Assembly: GCF_001194135.2 (NCBI RefSeq) | Contig: NC_068994.1 | Coordinates: 20,544,274 to 20,608,273 of the forward strand | Reading direction: 5' to 3' | Origin: Octopus bimaculoides | Lineage: Eukaryota | DNA length: 64,000 nucleotides | Shown: positions 52,912-61,706 of the stretch, piece after piece | Numbering within the stretch: the stretch's first letter is position 1 | Layout of the letters: each line of letters starts with the position of its first letter | Program-made: the position numbers and the translations under genes | Notes under the pieces: generated by a model | Told to the model about the DNA's origin: nothing | What the model saw: only the letters and a program-made list of their open reading frames with translations | Databases searched by the model: none

Positions 52912-54418
52912 AACGTAGACAGTCTTTAACAGTAAATGTTTGTACGTGCGTGTAAATTAATGATTTTACTCTCAAAGACAAGTCTAAATACAGAATATAT
53001 ACACACACATACATGTATGTATATATGATTTTTCTTCGAGTTTTTCAAACCTTTTGATACCAACAGACCTACGGCCGCCCTTAGTTTTATGAAACAAATT
53101 TCCTCTTTTAAATGGATCTAAATTAAAACCTTCCATCAAAATTCCATGTTGTATATTCTGCACACCAGTTTAATAATAGCCATAATTTTAATGAATTTTT
53201 TATTATTAAGATTGATTGAAACAAAAGCAATTTATTTCAACAGAAATATGGTAATAAAAGAGCTGTTCAAGCCAGTCGCTAACAAAGCGACGAGATATTT
53301 TTTGTTAAGAGAGTTCCTGGTGTTTGTAAATGTGATTGAATTTACATGTTTGTTGAGCTGTCGATAGATGTATGCATATATGTATGTATACACGCGCGCT
53401 CCTTCACAAACACAGTTGCAAGTGCAAATCCAAGAAATAGAGTTTACACATTTTTAGAAGGAATGATTGGTTATGTCGAAAGTCAGGGTTTCTCGCTATG
53501 TGCAATCCGTCTCGTGCCAAAAAGAAAATAAAAGCTTTATCGTCTAAAGGATTGCACACAGTGAGAAACTCGGAGTAACGACGGAGTGAATCTGCCGCTT
53601 CAAACTATTTTTGTCCAATTTACACATCCAAAAGCCTGGGTTTACCACTCAGTCATGTCAAGCCAGATGGTTAAACAGTAGCTGTGGGGTGATCCGCCCC
53701 GGATGACGCTTTTTTATGGGGGCATCACTAGTGTCTGCTGTATAAGCTTAAGCCTTTATAAGTTTATACTCTGGGAGAGAGAAGCAGCAAACTTAAGGGC
53801 TACCTCGAGTGGCACACAACCTGGTTAAGCCATTGTAGTTAAGAGGTTCGCTTAGCAATCCCGTGTTCTGTCCCACTGCATTGCATCTTGAGCGAGTGTC
53901 AGAAAAACATTCAACCATTTTTACTTTCATTCAGTGAGTACACAGTATAGTTTACTGAACAACTGGAATACTTATTGATAAAACCGACAAACGAACATAT
54001 TTACTTACGCATGCATATATACGTAAGTAATAAGATACATACATACATACATACAAACAATATGTGAGTTTTGTGTATGTTACCCTCAATTATTTCGCTG
54101 ATCTACTATGTGCCAACAAAATTTACTATATACTTTAGAAAATCGTATTTTGTCACCCTTCCAGCTTTGAAGAGAAAATATAGCATATATCCAAACTATT
54201 TCTATTTCTTGTTCAATCGGAAGCGAGAAAATGTATTAAGTTCTGTCTAGAACTGTATAGAAATATACTCTGTTTTAAGAATTAACGTACATATATACCT
54301 GGTCATTTCTAAACTCTTGAAGGAGTCTCTTCTTGTAAGCTGATTCCAAAAATTCCTGGTCCGCGTCAATAAATAAAAGAACACTGCTCTGATTAAACAG
54401 CAAAAGCCCTTTCATCAT
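2569..54418 (-). CDS. HPS1: HPS1 / Hermansky-Pudlak syndrome 1 protein (BLOC-3 subunit, tri-longin Rab32/38 GEF); spliced CDS, 3'-incomplete in this window
   Basis: Nine GT-AG exons join with consistent phases. The translation matches my recollection of human HPS1 motifs: LFIAVNGDGTED~LFIAINGDHTES; TWCHLVQEEQSFLMEAVEQL~[53 protein letters not shown]~[54 protein letters not shown]~[21 protein letters not shown]. Confidence 0.95.
4558..4868. repeat. (GAAA)n/(GGAA)n microsatellite with gap; (TAC)n at 4382-4427
   Basis: Direct reading of the sequence. Confidence 0.98.
4883..5053 (-). CDS. HPS1: HPS1 coding exon 8 (QCHSSQSGLICQLHDLLNDITSG...VLDMLLKKVTGSRAGHN)
   Basis: Acceptor tttccag|, donor AAT|gtgagt, 171 nt, phase 0-0, open frame. 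Confidence 0.85.
7341..7568 (-). CDS. HPS1: HPS1 coding exon 7 (ASTEPKLASSSAKKQSRKY...[21 protein letters not shown])
   Basis: Acceptor ctttctag|, donor GAG|gtaagc, 228 nt, phase 0-0. Confidence 0.92.
7780..8512 (+). mobile_element. Internally deleted mariner transposon
   Basis: Matching ~30-bp TIRs (TATGAGGAGGTACTCAAAAG / CTTTTGGCTACCCTCTCATA) with TA ends. The HTH region (EWFSCFRNSHLLLEDQPCSG) is fused to HPLYSPDPTP; the catalytic core is deleted. Confidence 0.9.
9050..9327 (+). mobile_element. RTE-type 3'-end fragment
   Basis: Same 3' UTR motifs and (GAT)n tail. Confidence 0.8.
10093..10210. repeat. (CT)n/(CA)n microsatellite
   Basis: Direct reading of the sequence. Confidence 0.97.
10558..10900 (-). 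mobile_element. RTE-type 3'-end fragment
   Basis: Reverse complement of the family 3' end, including GGCAC repeat units. Confidence 0.75.
11985..12190 (-). mobile_element. Degenerate interspersed repeat (SINE-like); related copies at 17970-18130 (+) and 48575-48745 (+)
   Basis: Shared motif GGAGCCTCTA..TGGTTGCTC.ACCTGTTAGAAATAGCAGCCAAAT in all three copies. Confidence 0.55.
13071..13296. mobile_element. piggyBac-like MITE; second copy in the opposite orientation at ~53048-53270
   Basis: TTAA-CCCTTTTTGTTAC ... GTAACAAAAGGG-TTAA terminal inverted repeats. Confidence 0.75.
15210..16345 (-). mobile_element. Penelope-like retroelement 3' fragment (RT thumb + GIY-YIG endonuclease + 3' module), left arm
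   Basis: ORF 15744-16388 has IKFTMEKEKDNQLAFLDVLITR (RT C-terminus) and CVYFIPCCCGRLFKGET (GIY-YIG-like). Reverse complement of 16350-17695. Confidence 0.9.
15279..15324 (-). ncRNA. Minimal type I hammerhead ribozyme motif (mutated copy)
   Basis: GACAC-CTGATGA-A-GGCTG(loop)CAGCT-GAAA-TG-TT-GTGTT. Core GAAA is intact; two C>T changes. Confidence 0.75.
17450..17520 (+). other. tRNA-derived Pol III head inside the Penelope 3' region
   Basis: A box TAGCATAGTGG, anticodon-like arm CTACTAA, B-box-like GAGTTTGATTCC. Mirrored at 15418-15487 (-). Confidence 0.75.
17588..17633 (+). ncRNA. Minimal type I hammerhead ribozyme motif (mutated copy)
   Basis: GACAC-CTGATGA-A-GGCTG(loop)CAGCC-AAAA-CG-TT-GTGTT. 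Stems I and II pair; the core GAAA is mutated to AAAA. Confidence 0.75.
19298..20015 (-). CDS. HPS1: HPS1 coding exon 6 ([17 protein letters not shown]... followed by the Q/E-rich insert, ending ...DQRKTVQK)
   Basis: Acceptor ttccaacag|, donor AAG|gtttgt, 718 nt, phase 2-0, open throughout. Contains track ORF 19286-19918. Confidence 0.9.
20854..21005 (-). CDS. HPS1: HPS1 coding exon 5 ([50 protein letters not shown])
   Basis: Acceptor tttttcag|, donor AG|gtatgt, 152 nt, phase 0-2. Carries the [11 protein letters not shown] motif. Confidence 0.95.
21028..21097. repeat. (AAT)n microsatellite
   Basis: Direct reading of the sequence. Confidence 0.98.
22069..22177 (-). CDS. HPS1: HPS1 coding exon 4 (IKPKRLHEQRERQNYLTQILRTWCHLVQEEQSFLME)
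   Basis: Acceptor tttttcatag|, donor GAG|gtatgt, 109 nt, phase 2-0. Confidence 0.93.
22665..23990 (+). mobile_element. Decayed RTE/RTEX ORF2 (RT domain to C-terminus)
   Basis: Remnants of DEMQFGF, DLKKAF, WRKFRELLLLL and MLHGCKTW with many stops and frameshifts. Confidence 0.85.
24017..25810 (-). mobile_element. Internally deleted RTE/RTEX copy with 3' UTR and (GAT)n tail; interrupted by (CA)n repeats at 25540-25700
   Basis: KKEAWRSHYERLLNVENEW...ALVDKAM (pre-RT region) is fused directly to DRDLWRY (C-terminus), followed by the GGCAC repeat 3' UTR. Confidence 0.8.
26690..27000 (-). mobile_element. Decayed RTE C-terminal fragment
   Basis: RNEVSMLYWVCNVS and GIRCC..RR remnants homologous to 23600-23900. 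Confidence 0.65.
27830..28070. mobile_element. hAT-type MITE (degenerate)
   Basis: Right TIR GGTTGAGAACCACT is present; the left end is decayed. Confidence 0.5.
28167..28288 (-). CDS. HPS1: HPS1 coding exon 3 (LDNILFIAVNGDGTEDEHFLNKKILVFHRILKFLYGPVLKQ)
   Basis: Acceptor catccag|, donor CA|gtgagt, 122 nt, phase 0-2. Carries the strong FIAVNGD motif. Confidence 0.95.
28660..28990 (-). mobile_element. tRNA-derived SINE family A (partial head)
   Basis: Reverse complement of 29460-29870. Confidence 0.8.
29460..29870 (+). mobile_element. tRNA-derived SINE family A, full length, with internal (TA/TG)n
   Basis: A/B-box head (GTGGCTGT..GGTAAG, GGTTCATTCCC), conserved body and CTGAAACAAGTAAAAGAG tail. 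At least 7 copies in the window. Confidence 0.9.
29940..31255 (-). mobile_element. Cluster of RTE/RTEX fragments
   Basis: 29975-30185 repeats 25080-25330; 30358-30570 is a 3' end; 30790-31255 is a PHD-finger/RT region. Confidence 0.75.
32102..32245 (-). CDS. HPS1: HPS1 coding exon 2 (IAEHIDDPYDVGQMFVPFSASQNVMSDTLKNPYEKIICENNSITVSKQ)
   Basis: Acceptor tttctag|, donor CAG|gtaagt, 144 nt, phase 0-0, open frame. Fits the first longin domain. Confidence 0.85.
33195..33610 (+). mobile_element. SINE family A, full length
   Basis: Highly similar to 29460-29870. Confidence 0.9.
34946..35050. repeat. (AG)n microsatellite next to a gap; similar at 41334-41400
   Basis: Direct reading of the sequence. 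Confidence 0.98.
35422..35945 (+). mobile_element. CRE-clade non-LTR retrotransposon relic (RLE endonuclease domain + A-rich tail)
   Basis: With one frameshift it reads DGKSPN*IT-FPFEGSRSIVRDATC...ERKINKYRGLTDCYQFV..VKTPGVLGP...WLLQQVSLAIFHGN, which matches the CRE PD..D..E..K..KY and QR.S.AI.RGN motifs. Confidence 0.85.
36355..36580 (-). mobile_element. tRNA-derived SINE family B; other copies at ~3665-3770, 21100-21310, 21330-21520, 33045-33175, 37250-37470, 44580-44880 and 50220-50420
   Basis: Shared core GCCTTTCATCCTT..GGGGTCGATAAAATAAGTACCAGT and tail GGCCTTGTGCCAAAATTTGAAACCAAT. Confidence 0.8.
36741..36954. mobile_element. piggyBac-like MITE
   Basis: TTAA-ACCTTTAGCATT ... AATGCTAAAGGG-TTAA inverted ends. 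Confidence 0.75.
37051..37122. repeat. (CAT)n microsatellite
   Basis: Direct reading of the sequence. Confidence 0.95.
39038..39291. repeat. 254-bp loop-less palindrome (foldback/MITE-like)
   Basis: Arms of 127 nt centred on TTTTC|GAAAA (39164/39165); 116/127 identical by manual alignment. Confidence 0.95.
41430..42661 (+). mobile_element. Full-length decayed mariner (SETMAR/Hsmar-like transposase)
   Basis: TIRs TATCAGATCATTAAGAATGAAA at both ends. Motifs KWVPHKL, IVTCDETW, LQDNA and HPPYSPD; several frameshifts. Confidence 0.93.
42665..43280 (+). mobile_element. Decayed RTE/RTEX RT fragment with PHD-like finger
   Basis: AFVDPEKAFDRV, YADD and CSMCRKG..CTQCKLWTHKR. Confidence 0.85.
43318..43707 (-). 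mobile_element. SINE family A, full length
   Basis: Reverse complement of 29460-29870. Further degenerate copies at 45285-45640 (-), 49780-50165 (+) and 52150-52445 (+). Confidence 0.9.
46490..48095 (-). mobile_element. Decayed Tigger/pogo transposase (CENP-B HTH + DDE_1), split by a MITE
   Basis: DIKLDVLKR, ASRDWSEKFKK, DEIALL.KLMPTRTFISQKEKS, NKAWMTK and LLLLDNVPNHP. Confidence 0.88.
47460..47880. mobile_element. Tigger/pogo-type MITE
   Basis: TA-CAGTAATCCCTCG ... GCAAGTGGTTACTG-TA: inverted ends with a TA target duplication. Confidence 0.85.
50662..51559. mobile_element. hAT MITE with 8-bp TSD, inserted in an old RTE fragment (~50510-51620)
   Basis: TSD CTCTACTG at 50654-50661 and 51560-51567; TIRs CAGTAGTTCCTAACC / GGTTGGGAACCACCA. 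Confidence 0.85.
50755..51294 (+). mobile_element. Young RTE/RTEX 3' fragment (N gap 50998-51211)
   Basis: Intact C-terminus GRPRKTWAEVVRQDLRTLGLTEAMTTDRDLWKCAVREKTRQAK*, 3' UTR array and (GAT)n tail. Confidence 0.9.
54299..54418 (-). CDS. HPS1: HPS1 coding exon 1 (MMKGLLLFNQSSVLLFIDADQEFLESAYKKRLLQEFRNDQ)
   Basis: ATG at 54418, 40 codons, donor CAG|gtatat. Similar to human [25 protein letters not shown]. Confidence 0.88.
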
Positions 54419-54419
54419 G

Positions 54420-54545
54420 ACATTAAAACATTTCCGAATGAGATAAAACTATCGTCTGCCAATTTCGCCTAAATGTAGTACAAACACCGGTTTGTTTATA
54501 ACTTCCGGTGTAGGCGGTGTTTTTTTAAAAAAGCAGTCGAGAATA
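54420..54545 (-). promoter_or_regulatory. Probable proximal HPS1 promoter / 5' UTR
   Basis: CpG-retaining stretch directly upstream of the ATG, with an ETS-type site ACTTCCGGTG at 54501-54510. Confidence 0.55.
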
Positions 54546-54907
54546 AAAATTGTTAGAAAGCGTTAGCGTTTACATTGATTACAAAAATGCCATAAATTTC
54601 ACCATTATTATAAATCTATTGTTTTCTGTTTCGTTATTTTCTCTTTTCATATTTTTAACTTTTATCCATCTGTCAAACTATTCTGTTCTTCAATTCGATA
54701 GAAATAGCTCGTGTTTCACTAACCAATGAGTTAGAATAAGATAGCAGGAATGTGTGTATAGTTTGTTTGAAATGGTGTATGGATTTTATATATTTTAAGA
54801 AAAAAGAGGTAGTTAGAATTTATGATTTTGGATATTCTAATGACCTAGGTTAGAAACTGGCTCTTTCTCTATTGGCAAAAAATCTTGAAATAAAACTGAA
54901 CAATGTT

Positions 54908-55120
54908 CTTTTCTACTCTAGGCACAAGGCCAGAAATTTTGGAGGAGGGGGCAGTCGATTAGATCGACCCCAGTACATAACTGGTATTTAATTCATCGAC
55001 CCTAAAAGGATGAAAAGCAAAGTCGACCTCAGCGGAATTTGAACTCAGAACGTAAAGACAGACAAAATACCGCTAAGCATTTCGCTCGGCATGCTAACGT
55101 TTCTGCCAGCTCGCCTCCTT
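54908..55120 (-). mobile_element. SINE family B, best-preserved copy
   Basis: tRNA head (TGGCAGAAACG, GAGTTCAAATTCC), family B core and tail; CpGs retained. Confidence 0.88.
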
Positions 55121-55149
55121 ATAAAACTGAATATTGACACACACACACA

Positions 55150-55400
55150 CACACCAACATCATCAGCTTTTCATTTCCTGTTAGAGGCGGCTTTATGGTC
55201 AATGGAAGGAAAGTAAGTATAGAGGGTGACATCTTCTGCATAGGAATAGGCGTTGCTGGAGGTGATGACAAGAAAGTAATTGGTGTGTGCAGGATAGGAC
55301 CAAAGCCTGAAGCACACCAGTTAACTTGATTTTTTTAACTATATCCCAATGGGTTTGATTTTCAATCATCATCAGGTGTCTTACCCTTAGATACAAACAT
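55150..55400 (-). mobile_element. CR1/Jockey-like RT relic
   Basis: GVLQALVLS (~GVPQGSVLS), then after a frameshift TSSNAYSYAEDVTLY (~YADD). Confidence 0.7.
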
Positions 55401-55978
55401 TATATCAGACTGAAATTGAGCTAGGAGCCTTTATTTCTAAACTCATGGTAGTAACACATTTATATACTAGATCACATCTGCTAAAGACATTTTTTGACAT
55501 TGACACAATCATCTAATATACTGCATTCCAGAATCTTAAATGGCTAGGAAGCTAAAGATCTCACTCACACAAGTGGATGGAAGTAGTTGTTTCATTCTGT
55601 CAGATTTCAGTTTGTACAGTGAGTGCTGATTGCATCACCGAAAGTAATAAAACCTGGCAAGTTTATGAAGATATTAAATAAATAATTTCATATTTCTACA
55701 TAGAAGTACCCTCGCCAAGTCACATACTATCTAATAGTTGTTATATTCTAGAGTATAATGGCTTTGAAAATTATAGAAATAAGAAAATACCTAAAAATAC
55801 ATTAAAAAATTTAGCATCTGATTTTGTAGATTATTGTTCCCAACAGATTGCCTAGTCACACAATTCTGTTATCAACCTTTTTATATGTTACTTTTCAAGT
55901 GGATTAAAACATTATAGAAAGAAAAGCATTCAAATATTAAAATATACTGTGAAACTCAGTTGTCTAAACTAATTTATA

Positions 55979-56130
55979 ATTGAGTGGTTGGCGTTAGGAA
56001 GGGCATCCAGCTGTAGAAACTCTGCCAAATTAGATTGGAGCCTGGTGTTGCCATCCGGTTTCACCAGTCCTCAGTCAAATCGTCCAACCCATGCTAGCAT
56101 GGAAAGCGGACGTTAAACGATGATGATGAT
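55979..56130 (+). mobile_element. Young RTE 3'-end fragment; a degenerate minus-strand copy at 57094-57250
   Basis: Near-identical to 1990-2152, with (GAT)n tail. Confidence 0.88.
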
Positions 56131-58396
56131 TGAGTGAGAAAGCAGTGACATGGGGGTATAAATATACAAAGCCCAATATACCGATCATGACTAACCATCT
56201 GATAAGGGCACACCAGGCACATGCATCACAACTGTATGTGCATGACATAGTGATCTCATATCAAGACAAAGAGTGCATGACCTTGCAGGTGAGGCTTAGT
56301 CAGAATTTACTTTAGATTGAGTAGCCCATCCCACTCGAAAGGTCCCCGAATAAGGTTTGTTTAAGGCTGATGAACAAAACACCTATGTTTCCAGAGATGA
56401 ATTATTCAAACCCCAAAGAATTGCTCTCAGCACATGGCTATGATGCTCCCCATTTACTTCTGCTCATACATATCATCAGCCAACAAGGGACATACTCAAC
56501 TGGTTAAGGTCAAACAACTGACATGCAAATCTGTGGTATTGAGCAGAATATTTGTTGTAACCCATCTTTTATACCAAGACAAAACATGTGCATGATAGCA
56601 TTTCCAATCAGCTAAGATCAAAAACCATGATAGCCTTATTATTATTGTTGTTGTTGTTGTTGTGAGTTTTTCTTCTTCCTTCAATTTTGTTTCTATTTCT
56701 TGCCATGTGACTTCCTGATACCTAGCGCAATGAAACTCACTGATAGACCATTAAAATAAGGACATCAGATTGTTCATATTCAAAGTCAAATAAAGTTATC
56801 TTGCAAAAAAATATTTACATGGAAGGTTATCTCTCTCAAAGTAACAATGCTCTTCTCAATATGTATAACGTTTCAGTTTAAACAATCTTTTGGGCTTCTT
56901 GCAGGGATAGTAAGTTAGGAGTCATTCTCAAATAATTTTCAGTTCCTTTTTTTGATCATTTATAGTGCTCCTGCAATCACTGGTATTGTAACTGTCTTGA
57001 GATACTGCATTTTTTTCAATTTCAATGAGCTAATCTTTGTATTTTCTGAGCTTATCAAATTATTTTACCACAATATTATGATAACAAGGGATAATCATCA
57101 TCATTGTCATCATTTAACATCCATTTCCCATGTTGGCATGTGTTGGACAGATTGACAGGAGCTAGCCAGCAAGAGCGCTATCTCAGCACCAATTGTCTGT
57201 TTTGGCAGGTTTTTACAGGTGGATGCCCTTCCTAATGTCAACCACTAGGGAATAAATGTTTGTCGATCGTATTTGAAAAAGATGTGTGGCTATTTTTTGT
57301 TGTTGTTATCATGGTGAAGGACGGAGTTCGAAATAAGTTACAATTCCTGGCAATTAGAATGAGGTATGTATATGAAAATGAAACCATTAAAGTGAAAGTA
57401 TCTGTCATTACAGTATCGAAATGTGATTGTTTCAGTTTTGGTACTGAAATAGTTTTCTTTTACTGTCAGTGTTTCTCCTTCCTTTCTTTTTGTATTTGTT
57501 GCTGGATTGTTCGTAAAGGTTCATAAGAGAAAGTAGGAGTTGAAAGGATTTGTAAAGGTAGTAGAAAGAGGAAATTAGATTTTATTAGGGGGGGGGGGTT
57601 ANNNNNNNNNNNNNNNNNNNNNNNNNNNNNNNNNNNNNNNATTTGTGTAGTTTTATGGATTTTATTCATAATGAGGAGTTATTTTGACTGAAAAAATGAT
57701 GCTGTGACTTAACTTATTGTATTTAGAATATTAATTCCGATTCTTTAATTCAAGAAATTTGGAATTGTGTATATGTATGAATTTTAAACACACACACACA
57801 CACACACACACAGAGAAAATCTGCCTTTTATAGATAAGATACATACAATCAAACATAGCAGATAATAGCTAACCTTTCGCTGCTGTTTGGACCTCGTTGT
57901 GTCCACCACTCTGATTGGTTGGTACTGGTGCAATTTGTCTCTTATTCTAATGCACCAATATGTAACCTAACTAATCACAGCCTCCAAATAAATCACGTGA
58001 GACAGCTGTTCACAATCCAATTTTGAGCCTACTGTTAGCTATAAAAACTCAAATTCTCCACATCTTGGGGTCTGTTGGTTCCAGACCTTCTAAGGTCTAC
58101 GTACACAGCACTAGCAACACTGCCTTTGTTCAGGGAACACTTGTCTTCTACTGTGCCATTTTGGATTCCGGCATCTTTCATAAACTTGCTGCTATGTTTT
58201 CCAATGCTTCATGCTTTATTTCTGCAACTGCTTTTCTAGCATTTAACAAATCTACATCAGTTGGATGAAGGTACTCACTAGAAAAATAAATAATTTTCAG
58301 CTCATTGTTTTCACACTAAACACAGCCTTCTTTTCGCACATCTCCAGTATTCTTTTCCTAGTTTTGTATTACTTGAATGAAAATTGTAGATGTAAT

Positions 58397-59980
58397 TGTT
58401 AGGTTGTTTCACATGAAATGTTATATTTGAAAGGTAATAATGGAATGTTTTAGAAGTGTTAGAGAACTGATTTATTTAATCAAAGTATGATCCATGTTCA
58501 TTTATGATGTTTACCCAATCTATCTCTATGTCATATATTCCATCTTTTAAAAAAATTCATCTTTTGCTGTGATAAACTGTCCAAATGCTTCAATTATCTC
58601 TTCTCGATTTAAGAATGTTTTTATGCTTATGAAAAGTTCAAAATGCTTAAATAAGTGATGATCAGAAGGAGAGATATCAGGGGAATAGGGAGGATGTTGC
58701 AAAATCTCATAATTCAAGCTTTGCAACTTTTGGACCCAAGCTTGAGGAGTGTGAGGACATGCATTCATCATCATCATCATCATCATCATCGTTTAACGTC
58801 CGCTTTCCATGCTAGCATGGGTTGGACGATTTGACTGAGGACTGGTGAAACCGGATGGCAACACCAGGCTCCAGTCTGATTTGGCAGAGTTTCTACAGCT
58901 GGATGCCCTTCCTAACGCCAACCACTCAGAGAGTGTAGTGGGTGCTTTTACGTGTCACCCGCACGAAAACGGCCACGCTCGAAATGGTGTCTTTTATGTG
59001 CCACCCGCACAAGCCAGTCCAGGGGCACTGGCAACGATCTCGCTCGAAAATCCTACAGGAGCCAGTCAGGCGGTACTGGCAACGGCCACGCTCAAAATGG
59101 TGCATCTCATGTGCCACCCGCACGTGGATCAAAATTGAGCCATCTCTATTCACTAGTATGGGTAGCTTCTTTTTCAAATTCTCATGCATACAATCAATTT
59201 CCTGGTGATACAATGTTGCTGTTACCGTTTTTCCTTGTTGCAAAAATGAATAATGAATAACTCCCTTTGCAGACCACCATACAGTGACCACTAACTTCTT
59301 AGGGTGCAATGGTGGGTTTGGGTAGTGTTTAGGTGACTCTCCTGCATCTAATCACTGTCCTGTTCTCCTGCTGTTGTCAAAGAGTATCCATTTCTCATCA
59401 CAAATAATGATTTGATGCAAAAATGGTCTTTTTCCAGTCAAGAAGGCAATAAGGAGCACACTTCGAGGCGCCTGTGCTTTTGAAACTCGTTCAGTTGATG
59501 TGGAACAAACCTATCTGTTTTCTTGACTTTTCCAATTTTTTTACAGGTGTCCAAAAACAGTTGTGCGAGATGTTTGGAGTTCTGATGAAAGTTTTCGAAC
59601 CTTTGCTTTCGGATTTTGTTCAACCAAAGCATTTAATCCATCATGCCAAATAACTGATTTTAGCCTACCCCTTGGTTTATTTTTAAGGCTATCATCTCTT
59701 GAACAAGAGCTTTGGAACCATCTCTGAACAGTTCTGATGTCAACAACACCATTACCAAAGGCCCTCTTGATATTCTGTAGAGCTTCTGTGGCAGAAAATC
59801 ACTCAACATAGTTTGGTTGTTATCATTTTCATAAGGTCTATGGGTACGAATTTTGTATACCAATATTGTTGGGAAAGAAAAAGAGTCAAGATTAAAATCA
59901 AAGTATACATAATTAAGTTTTTAAATGACTGAAATAACAAGTAATTAAAAATGCGACATTTCATATGAACCAACCTAATA
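58397..59980 (-). mobile_element. Full-length decayed mariner (Hsmar-like TIR), with an RTE fragment inserted
   Basis: TIRs T(A/G)TTAGGTTG..TCA(C/T)ATGAAATG. Motifs TVQRWF, RFVPHQL, MHPKKLVVTVWWS and HPPYSPDISPSDHHLF. About 1230 bp without the insert. Confidence 0.93.
58766..59122 (-). mobile_element. Young RTE 3' UTR fragment
   Basis: Appears identical to 1799-2152 (the track gives identical pseudo-translations). Confidence 0.9.
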
Positions 59981-61029
59981 CTTTCATCAACTACTTTTTT
60001 TTTTTTTTTTTGGTCGATGCTATGAACTTTGTCATTTTGGAATGGGTAAAGTAAAGATTTGTACACTAAATTTGCAGCACTCTCTATACACAGCACCACA
60101 CTTAAGCGAGAGAAGGAAAAAGAGAAAGTAAAACTGTTAACAGAGAAGGAAAAAGATTGATAATAACAATCCTATAATGAGGCTCGTTATAGTTCTGTGA
60201 ATATATCATTGTTTTCTAAAGAGTTTATTTAAAATTGGACAAAATGTCATTGGACAAAAAAATCCTCAGACAAAAAGATGCTGGACCAAAAGATGTAGAT
60301 GAAAAGATGTTTGATGAAATGACAATGGACGAAGACATAGCACCATGGATACAGACAGATCTGATGCCATCACTTGATACACATAATGGAAGAGAAGTAA
60401 AGATAGAGCAATAAAGGGTAATGGTGGAAGAGAAGCAGAGTATAAATGTTGTATTCAGATATGTAAATAAAAAAGACTATTAAAGAAATAAATAAAACTT
60501 TTGTCAGCTGTTACAATAGATCATGGAATTTTAATCACTGAGACGGAATTTATAAATTTGAATTGTAATGAATAGTATTTTTATCAATTATATGTCACAG
60601 TAACAAATGTTGCAGAGATAAGTTATCCATGAATCAATGCTGTGACCCAGTTTTCATTCTCCGTTATAGCCTCTTTTCTCTACTCACATTGAAAAAAGCA
60701 TGAATGTGACTCCCACATTCCTTTCAAAATTTCTATTCTTTACCCTTAGACTAGTGATAAAGTAGTTTCCTACCCATTCCAGTTCATGGATCACTGATAC
60801 AGTCCAAGATAAATAGTGGACCATCATACGAAAAGAGCTTCTTTTTTTTCATGAATGAATATACTGTATATATGAAAATATTTAATACATTTTAACACAT
60901 ATTTTCTGAGAAAAAAAGAAGACAAAATTCTATTTTGGTGATTATATTCAAAAGAAAACATGACAAACTGACATGTTATTTTTTATTAAACATTACTAAT
61001 CTGGGAACTTTTTGATATCACTTCATATA

Positions 61030-61560
61030 TATTCACTACAAAATTGGTTAGATGTTTTCTGACTTCTTGGTTATCTGTCTTGATATCATATTGTTCATTC
61101 AACTTCCTTGTGGCTTCTTTACCAACAAGATGCATCATTTCTTTTGAAAAGAGTTACAAAACCTGTTCTGCAAAAGCATTAGACTTCTTGNNNNNNNNNN
61201 NNNNNNNNNNNNNNNNNNNNNNNNNNNNNNNNNNNNNNNNNNNNNNNNNNNNNNNNNNNNNNNNNNNNNNNNNNNNNNNNNNNNNNNNNNNNNNNNNNNN
61301 NNNNNNNNNNNNNNNNNNNNNNNNNNNNNNNNATGATTTTTTTTTCCATTTTGGCAAGTTCAGATAACACTATTCTAGATGCTTAACTGATTTCATAGAA
61401 CAATTTTGCAAAGCTTTATAGCAAATCTCACATTATGGAACAATGTCTGCTTTCTTGCTAAATAAATTTGAATTTGACATATTCTTCAGAATATTTGCAT
61501 TTAACATGTCTTCTTGTTATTACCAATGTTTTAGATCTTTGTAACAAAGCTGTTTCTTGA
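61030..61560 (-). mobile_element. hAT (Buster/Charlie-like) transposase relic (N gap 61191-61332)
   Basis: KCKYSEEYVKFKF, CEICYKALQNCSMK (BED finger) and KEMMHLVGKEATRKLNE. Confidence 0.7.
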
Positions 61561-61593
61561 AAAAAATGACAGAAGTAATCTAGGTTTCACATC

Positions 61594-61706
61594 TGTGTGT
61601 TTGTGTGTGTGTGTGTGTGTGTGTATGTGTGTGTGTGTGTGCATGCCTGTATGTATATACATATGTGTATGTATGTATGTATGTATGTATGTATGTATGT
61701 ATGTAT
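61594..61706. repeat. (TG)n/(TATG)n microsatellite; (TA)n at 51446-51475 and 52869-52908
   Basis: Direct reading of the sequence. Confidence 0.97.

Larger units (their letters stand above)
57980..60345 (-). mobile_element. FLYWCH-containing MULE (Phantom-like) relic, interrupted by a mariner
   Basis: Removing the mariner joins VVDES|NYIYNFHSSNTKLGKEYWRCAKRRLC, then (frameshift) SSEYLHPTDVDLLNARKAVAEIKHEA. A ~15-bp tandem-repeat terminus lies at 60237-60345. Confidence 0.75.

Noticed and set aside
55185-55330. Plus-strand exon-like ORF (GGFMVNGRKVSIEGDIFCIG...) suggesting a divergent gene
   Set aside because: The opposite strand carries CR1-like RT motifs (GVLQALVLS, YAED), so it is a LINE relic.
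58180-58277. Apparent terminal exon of a second gene (EYLHPTDVDLLNARKAVAEIKHEALENIAASL*)
   Set aside because: The upstream sequence continues as a frameshifted FLYWCH motif, so it is better explained as a MULE relic.
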